Below, piece by piece: positions 36,221-43,838 of a stretch of DNA of 43,838 bases. The DNA comes from Chiloscyllium plagiosum (lineage: Eukaryota). The stretch spans positions 6,541,253-6,585,090 of the forward strand of contig NC_057718.1 of NCBI RefSeq assembly GCF_004010195.1, given 5' to 3'. Each line of letters begins with the position of its first letter. Position 1 is the stretch's first letter. Under the pieces are notes generated by a model. The model had not been told where the DNA came from. It searched no databases and saw nothing but the letters and a program-made list of their open reading frames with translations. The position numbers and the translations under genes are program-made.

Positions 36221-37138
36221 AGGAAAGACCGAACTAAAGAAAGTGCAAAGTGAGGTTTGAGCCACATCAATTATTACATTGCTAGGAGGGATGTGTAATT
36301 GTGAGATCCCATCAAGAGCAAAGCTCCTTTACGGAGCACATTCTTGGCACATAGCTCCTCTCTGACCGTGAGGAACCATCATTTTTCTAACCTCCTGCAT
36401 ATCACCATTCTCGCTGTAGTGCTACAGATCTCAGGGATTGAGTCCATTTATTTCAAAGCGTGCTCTGACCCAGAGCTGTTTATATAAACATTTCAATATC
36501 CATTCCTCCCTCGGCTGGTTTGATTCGATGAGACAAAGGTTGGTTGTTTGGTCTGTTTAGACGCATTCCGAAGCCTGTTGATGTCAGGCCAGTCAGTAAG
36601 TGCCAAAAAGCTTTAGATGCACTGTTTAAAAACGCACAACATCTGGTCTATGAAACAAAGCCAGGAAATCTAGTTCCTCGCGCCTGTCTCAAACAAAATA
36701 TATTGATTAGCTTGGCATCTTGTTTCCAAGCATGACATTATGAGGATTGTCATAGCAACAAGAGATGACCATTCAGGTCCTTGAGCCTATTCTGTCATTC
36801 AACTAGATTACGCCTTAACTCCATTAGTCCATCTTGGTTCTTATAAACAATGTTATCAATCCCAGTTTCGATATTTTAAACTGATCTCCAGTTTCAACAG
36901 TCTCCTCCTGTTCCTATTTCTTACGGCCTTAACTGTGCTTCATCTGCCTCAGCTTTCTTTCTGTCCTTCATGGATCATGGCTGGGATGGACTCATCCAGC
37001 ACTCACTTCCCATCCCAAGTGATTCATGAGAAGGTGAGGGTGAGCTCTCTTCTTGCAATCCACGTGCTGTACGTCATTTCTTTGTTAAGACTTTGTAGTA
37101 GTTGATACAAGTGAGTGGCTTGTGAGACCATTTCAGAG

Positions 37139-37225
37139 AAGAAGAGTCACACCCGAAACATTGACTTCTGCACCTCCTGATGCTGCCTAGCTTGTTGTGT
37201 TCTCCCAGCCTCCTGCCTGTCCACC
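37139..37225 (+). mobile_element. Mini-PLE (family C), truncated inside the hammerhead core, within a SINE family 2 copy
   Basis: AAGAAGAGTCACACCCGAAACATTGACTT...; TSD AGACCATTTCAGAG 37125-37138 / AGACCATTTCACAG 37226-37239. Confidence 0.8.
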
Positions 37226-37344
37226 AGACCATTTCACAGGCCAATTAAGAGACACGGACATGGCTGTGGTTCCGCAGTCACATGTAGGCCAGACCAATTG
37301 AGGATGGCAGACTTCCTTCCCTAAAGGACATTGGTGAACCAGAC

Positions 37345-37962
37345 AGAGTCACAGAGATGTACAGCATGGAAATAGAACCTTCGGTAAAACTCGTCCATGC
37401 CGACTAGATCTCCTAATCTAGTCTAGTCCCATTTGCGAACATTTGGCCCATATCCCTCTAAACCCTTCCTATTCATGTACCCATCCAGATGACTTTGAAA
37501 TGCTGTAATTGTACCAGCCTCCACCACTTCCTCTGGCAGTTCATTCCACATATGCACCACTCTCTGCGTGAAAAAGTTGCCCCTCAGGTCCCTTGTAAAA
37601 CTTTCCCCTCTCAGCTTAAACCTATGCCCTCTAGTTTTGGACTCCCCTACCACTGGGAAAAGACATTGACTATTCATCCTATCCATGACCTTTTGATTTT
37701 ATAAACCTCTGTAAAGTCATCCCTCAGCTTCTGGTGCTCCAGGGAAAACAGTCCCAGCCTATTCAGCCTCTCCCTGTAACTCAAACCTTCCAACTCTGGC
37801 ACTATCTTTGTAAATCTTTCCTGAACCCTTTCAAGTTTCACAACATCCTTCGTGTAGCGGGGAGACCAGAATTGCATGCGATACTCCAAAGGTTGTCTGA
37901 CCAATGTCCTGTTCAGCCACAACATGACCTCCCAAATCCTTTTCTCAATGCATTGACCAATA
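37345..37962 (-). mobile_element. CR1 3' fragment
   Basis: TLVRQPLEYRMQFWSP, LERVQERFT, NFFTQRVVHMWNELPEEVVEAG. Confidence 0.93.
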
Positions 37963-39411
37963 TTTTCTGACAATTGACAGTAGTTTCATGGTCATCATCT
38001 TGATATAAAGAGCATGAAGAGACAAGAGATTTGTGCTTACAGCAAAATGCTTTAGTAATTTTAAAAAGAAAATCACCAAAACAAGATCACTAAGCAACAG
38101 CCAGTTAAATCAAATGATTAAACAGTGCCTGGAAATCTTGAGTCATGGACAACTGGATTTCGGTTCTGAAGAAATCTCTCTGTAGAATTTGTAACAGAGC
38201 TGCCCAGGTCAAACTTCATTGATTTTCTGGGTGGATGTGATCAAGTGATGCTAGTTAGTGTTTCAATTCAAGAGGAAATGGAATACAATACAGGTTGACA
38301 TATGGAAACACAGTCTGGTATGAGAAAAAAATTAAACTCAGCAGTTTAACAATTAGAGAGAGAAAAAAAAAATTAAACTGGAGCGATTTGTTTTAGTGAA
38401 TATCATTGAGTTGAACAAAATAATTGCTTTAGAATGTAACTTTCAACTTGGCTTGTCAGGAGCAATCAGCGCGTTGAGAATGAATTCGTAATCTGAGGCA
38501 TCTTTCGAAACATTACCTGAATTTCATGCCAGTGACTAAAAGGCAATTCACATGTCACTGTTTAAAACTACAAGCACAATAAGTCGTGGATGATGGCTCT
38601 CAAGGTCTAAAGACATGTAAAAGTGATTGGGTAATTTAAACAGACATGCTAACATCAGCATCGTGTAAGTCATAAGATAAGTTCCAAGAAACCAAGAAAC
38701 TTGGTATTAAAATAAGTTTATTTTTAAAAAGCCTACAAACTAATATGGATTTTCCATTAGTTTATAAACCTTGTCATTGATTCAGTTAATCTTTAACTGG
38801 GGAAAGACCTTGACCATATATGAAGCCGTCTGAAAAGGTTTCACTAAAGATATTTTAAAAATATTAAGTTTTACCCAGCTATGATCCAACGAGTTAATTT
38901 GTTCCACTTCTCATAATAATTCAACTTTCCCTCATTCATGTATTTCTCAGTCACTGTCAGTGCAAAGGGCATTTGTCTTAAACACAGTGAGATTCCTTGG
39001 AGTGGGAATAGTGCAAAACTGACCGAACGTTAGACAGAATAGCAGCTCAAATGGCATACATGGTCCCACAGAAGGCAGGCTTTTCTGAGTTTGGTTATTT
39101 ATGACCCACTGCTGTCTTTTAAATGTCATCATTACCCTGGCTTGATTTTTGAGAGATATCTATTCAAGATGAATACATGTGTTGTATTAAAATCAGATAG
39201 AACCAAATTTCATTAAGCGTTTGCTCGTAGCAATGCCAAGCTAGGTCCACTGTATTCCTGGCTGAATGGCTTAACTGTGCTCCAAATTCATCTGTCTGTT
39301 TGTACAAAGGCTTCCTCACAAGGCCTCCTGCTTTGAGCCCTTCCTAGCCCCACTCTCAACCACTCGTCTTCCCATGACAAGTCAGTCGTTGGCACTTACT
39401 CTTGTCATAAA

Positions 39412-39852
39412 GAGAGTCATTGATCCCTACAACATGGCCCAAACAAGTCCATGCCGACCAAAATGTCTGTTCACGCTAACTCTATTTCCCTGCACTTGGC
39501 CCATATCCTTCTAAACCTATCCATGTATTTGTCCAAATGTCCTTTAAATGTTAATGTACCCACCTCAACCACTTCCACTGGCAGCTCATTTCATGTGCAT
39601 ACCACCCTCTGTGTAAAAAGCATTACCCTTCAGATTCCCTTTTATTCTTTCCCCCCAAACTTTAAATTGATGTCCTTTAGTCCTCGATTCCCCAACCCTG
39701 GGAAAAAGACTGAGTGCATTCACCCTATCTATGCCTCTCATGATCTTATACACTTTGATAAGATTCCCCCCTCAGTCTCCTAAGCTCTAAAGAAAAAGGT
39801 CCTAGCTTGTCCAACCTCTCCCTACAACCCAGTCCCTTGAGTCCCAGCAACC
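39412..39852 (-). mobile_element. CR1 3' fragment
   Basis: Reverse complement of the ORF2 end and tail, homologous to 37345-37800. Confidence 0.88.
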
Positions 39853-41408
39853 CAGTCTTGGACTGGGTTTTCAATGGGTTAGAACCAGATTTAACTAAAC
39901 AAATGAATTAATCATAACAATGGATTGCACAACAGTTAAGTCCGCAATTCTCATTACCTTTTTGAGTTAAAATATGAAAACATTCCTGAAAAGAAAGGAA
40001 AAATACATAATTTGATGTACTGCCCATTGTTTTTCTCCTGGGTGTAGTTTGTAGGTGTGTCCTAGAGTTTAATCTTCAATTCTTGGAAATTATGGTCAAG
40101 TTGGGGAGTTGGCACCCTCACTTGCCTGAAGGTCTTCCATTTCCACCTCTCTCTTGCTTCCTCCCATCTCGTTAATAACAAATGGGGTATTGATGAGATC
40201 TTTATCCAATTTTATCCAGTAAATGTCTTGGACTTACATCCCACTGTGTTGTGACAATGTTTACACCTTAGAGAATTCTTCCTAAAAACTTAATCTGGCT
40301 TCGGTTTCTTCAGCCCATAAGGATGGAAAGCAGTCCAAATCTACCACTTGAAGAGGAAATTATATTACTGCATTTGGATTATTTAATGGGTCACTGCTGA
40401 CAGAATATCAAGATTGCTGTCCCCTAGGAAGCGGATTCCAATAAAACAGAATTAAAAAACATTTCAGCCACTGCATTTGCAGATTATAATCTTGCATTAT
40501 TCATTTTCCAATTATCAGTAGATGCAAGCACTCCGTAATTCCTCTCTCAAGAATAGCTATTTGCTTTCCCTTATCTCAATTTTCCTCACAATTTCAGAAC
40601 TTGCCTCCTGTCAAATCTGATCATTTCTCATATCACCTGCCCACTGCAAATCTTTGCTATGTTTCTCTCTTTAATTCTTTGCATTAAATTAAATTTTTGG
40701 AGGTTTGCAAAGTCCATAACACACAATTGGCTGCTGATTATACACCTCATGTCACCATTCAAATTCAGCAATTACACAGCACCATAGTATCCAATATACA
40801 TACTGTATGAAGTACACACTATCCTATCCTGGAGATTACACCTTCTGTCTGTTATATGTAATGTATCCTATAAGCACACTTCTGATATAAACCTGCTTCT
40901 TCTTACTTCCCACTGTAAATCCCACACCTTGCCCACCCTGCGCATTTTACACTTACCTATTGCATGAGTAATTCCTACCAATTCACTTTCTTTTTCATTT
41001 GTTAGGAGGTCAAAAACCCCTCAATATATTTTTTTGTCAAAAAAATACTTTTTCCTCCACAGTACACTTGCTGTGGCCAGCCAGCTTGGAGTCAGACCAA
41101 GTCACCTTTTACAGATGCAACTACCTCCCACTCTGCCCATTATCCACCCTGCCCATTATACACTCTGCCTGTTACCCACTCTGCCAATTATCCACCCTGC
41201 CCGTTATCCACGCTCCCATTATCCACCCTGTCAATTATCCACCCTGCCGATTATCCACCCTGTCCATTATACACCCTGCCCATTATACACCCTGCCCATT
41301 ATACACCCTGCCCATTATAAACCCTGCCCATTATCCACCCTGTCAATTATCCACCTTGCCCATTATACATCCTGCCCATTATAAACCCTGGCCATTATTC
41401 ACCCTGGA

Positions 41409-41607
41409 AGGAGAAAGTGAGGACTGCAGATGCTGGAGACCAGAGTTGAAAAATGTGGTGCTGGAAAAACACAGCAGGCCAGACAGCATCCGAGGAGCAG
41501 GAGAATTGACATTTTGGGTATAAGCCCAGAAGGGCTTATGCCCGAAACGTCAATTCTCCTGCTCCTCCAATGCTGCCTGGCCTGCTGTGTTTTTCCAGCA
41601 CCACATT
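41409..41607 (-). mobile_element. Fold-back mini-PLE (family A)
   Basis: 76-nt inverted arms 41452-41527 / 41532-41607 with 4-nt loop AGAA at the hammerhead core. Confidence 0.9.
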
Positions 41608-41745
41608 ATCCACCCTGCCCATTATCCACTGTGCCCATTATCCACCCTGCCGATTATCCACCGTGCCCATTATCCACCGTGCCCATTGTCCACCCTGCCC
41701 ATAATCCACCGTGCCCATTATCCACCATGTCCATTATCCATCCAG

Positions 41746-42660
41746 TGAAAGATGAGGCGTTCTTCCTCCAGGCGTCTGGTGGTGCGGGATCGGCAGTGAA
41801 GGAGGCCCAGGACCTCCATGTCCTTGGCAGAGTGGGAGGGTGAATTGAAATGTTGGGCCATGGGGCGGTGTGGTTGATTGGTGCGGAGATGTCCCCTAAA
41901 GTGCTCTGCTAGGAGGCGCCCAGTCTCCCCAATGCAGAGGAGACCACATCGGGAGCAATGGATATGCAGGCTCCTTTAGGGCCTTGGATGGAGGTGACAG
42001 AGGAGGTGTGGGTGCAGGTTTTACAGTTCCTGCAGTGGTAGGGGAATGTGCCAGGATGGGAGGGTGGGTTGTAGGGGGGCGTGGACCTGACCAGGTAGTC
42101 ACGGAGGGAATGGTCTTTGCGGAATGCGGAAAGGGGTGGGAGGGAAATATGTCCCTGGTGTTGGGATCTTTTTGGGGGTAGCGGAAATGACGGCGGATGA
42201 TTTGGTTTATGCGAAGGTTGGTAGGGTGAGCACCAGGGGCGTTCTGTCCTTGTTACGGTGGAGGTGTGGGGTCTGAGGGCGGAGGTGCGGATGTGGACGA
42301 GATGCATTGGAGGGATCTTTAACCACGTGGGAAGGGAAATTGCGGTCTCTAAAGAAGGAAGCCATTTGGTGTGTTCTGTGGTGAAACTGGTCCTCCTGGG
42401 AGCAGATCCGGCAGAGGCGGAGGAATTGGGAATACGGGATGGCATTTTTGCAAGAGGTAGGGTGGGAAGAGGTGTAATCCAGGTAGCTGTGGGAGTCGGT
42501 GGGTTTGGTAAAAAATGTCAGTGTCAAGTCGGTCATCATTAATGGAGATGGAGAGGTCCAGGAAGGGGAGGGAGGTTTCAGAGATGGTCCAGGTAAATTT
42601 AAGGTCAGGGTGGAATGGACATGGAATGGTTTCCAGCATCTGCAGTCATTGTTTTTAACT
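41746..42660 (-). mobile_element. Neptune-like PLE body: RT thumb, Cys linker, GIY-YIG endonuclease (frameshifted), plus inverted pLTR tail 42630-42660
   Basis: FHPDLKFTW...LPFLDL; KPTDSHSYLDYTSSHP...IPYSQFLRLCRICS; HCRNCKTC; CIHCSRCGLLCIGETGRLLAEHFRGHL; RRLEEERLIF. Confidence 0.92.
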
Positions 42661-43427
42661 CATTATCCACCCTGTCCATTATACACCCTGCCCATTAACC
42701 TCCCTGTCCATTATCCACCCTGCCCATTATCCTCCATGTCCATTATCCACTCTGCCCATTATCCTCCCTGCCCATTATCCTCCCTGCCCATTATCCACCC
42801 TGTCCATTATACATTCTGTCCATTATCCACCCTGCCCATTATCTACCCTGCCCATTATACGCCCTGTCCATTGCCCAACCTGTCCATTATCCACCCTGTG
42901 CATTATCCACCCTGCCCATTATTCACCCTGCCCATTATCCTCCTTGTCCATTATCCACCCAGTCCATTATCCACCCTGCCCATTACCACCTTGCGCATTA
43001 TATGCCCTGTCCATTGCCCCACCCTGTCCATTATCCACCCTGCCCATTATCCACCCTGCCCATTATCCACCCTGCCCATTATCCACCCTGTCCATTATAC
43101 ATTCTTATCCACCCTGCCCATTATACACCCTGCCCATCATCCTCCCTGTCCATTATCCAACCTGGCCATTATCCTGCCAGCCCAATTCCCACCTTTCCAT
43201 TATCTACCCTGTCCATTATCTACCCTACCCATTATCCACCCTGCCCATTATACACCCTGCCCATCATCCTCCCTGTCCATTATCCAACCTGGCCATTATC
43301 CTGCCAGCCCAATTCCCACCTTTCCATTATCTACCCTGTCCATTATCTACCCTACCCATTATCCACCCTGCCCATTATACGCACTGTCCATTATCCACCC
43401 TTCCCATTATCCGCCCTGTCCATTATA

Positions 43428-43770
43428 TAGAACATAGAACATAGAAGAATACAGCGCAGTACAGGGCCTTCGGCGCTCGATCTTGCGCCGATCCAAGCCC
43501 ACCTAACCTACACTAGCCCACTATACTCCATAAGCCTATCCTATGCCCGCTTAAATGCCCATAATGAGGGAGAGTCCACCACTGCTACTGGCAGGGCACT
43601 CCATGAACTCACGACTCGCTGAGTAAAGAACCTACCCCTAACATCTGTCCTATACCTACCCCCCCTTAATTTAAAGCTATGCCCCCTTGTAATAGCTGAC
43701 TCCATACATGGAAAAAGATTCTCACTGTCGACCCTATCTAAACCCCTAATCATCTTATACACCTCTATCA
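43428..43770 (-). mobile_element. CR1 3' fragment
   Basis: IEVYKMIRGLDRVD...RFFTQRVVSSWSALP; (ATAGAAC)n tail. Confidence 0.92.
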
Positions 43771-43771
43771 A

Positions 43772-43838
43772 GAGGAGATGGAGACTGTGTGAGGAGATGG
43801 AGACTGTGCGAGCTGATGGAGAGTGTGCGAGGAGATGA
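43772..43838. repeat. 19-bp tandem repeat (GAGGAGATGGAGACTGTGY)n, runs off window
   Basis: About 3.5 units visible. Confidence 0.85.

Larger units (their letters stand above)
41119..43426. repeat. 16-bp minisatellite (CCCATTATCCACCCTG)n in three blocks: 41119-41405, 41604-41743, 42661-43426
   Basis: Directly visible; 16-aa periodicity (HYPPCPLSTLPIIHPA) of the spurious ORFs equals 3 x 16 nt. Confidence 0.96.

Noticed and set aside
42499..43444. 312-, 166- and 142-aa Pro/His-rich ORFs (also 40999-41523 and 41430-41843)
   Set aside because: Translations of the 16-bp minisatellite, open in all three frames because the unit lacks stop codons
41119..43838. CRISPR-like or telomeric array
   Set aside because: Head-to-tail units with no unique spacers, no TTAGGG array, eukaryotic context

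Overview
Repeat-dominated vertebrate genomic DNA. It is very probably from a shark or ray, inferred from HE1-type V-SINEs sharing a 3' tail with CR1/HER1-like LINEs, plus DeuSINE-type tails. No intact protein-coding gene is evident, and the recognisable ORFs are decayed transposon or minisatellite translations. The window holds many CR1 LINE 3' fragments, about 13 V-SINE copies or fragments, a second tRNA-derived SINE family and a Rex1/Babar tail. It also holds two decayed copies of one Ty3/Gypsy family, an older Gypsy relic with integrase upstream of RT (Gmr1-like order), and 16-bp and 19-bp minisatellites. The most notable feature is a set of about 18 Penelope-like element (PLE) insertions from at least four sequence families. 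Many carry a minimal type I hammerhead ribozyme motif (CUGANGA-A-stemII-GAAA-palindromic stemIII). Most are short fold-back or truncated pLTR pieces, several with ~13-16 bp target duplications, and their inversion or truncation points cluster at the ribozyme. Boundaries were read by eye and are approximate, typically to within 10-20 nt.
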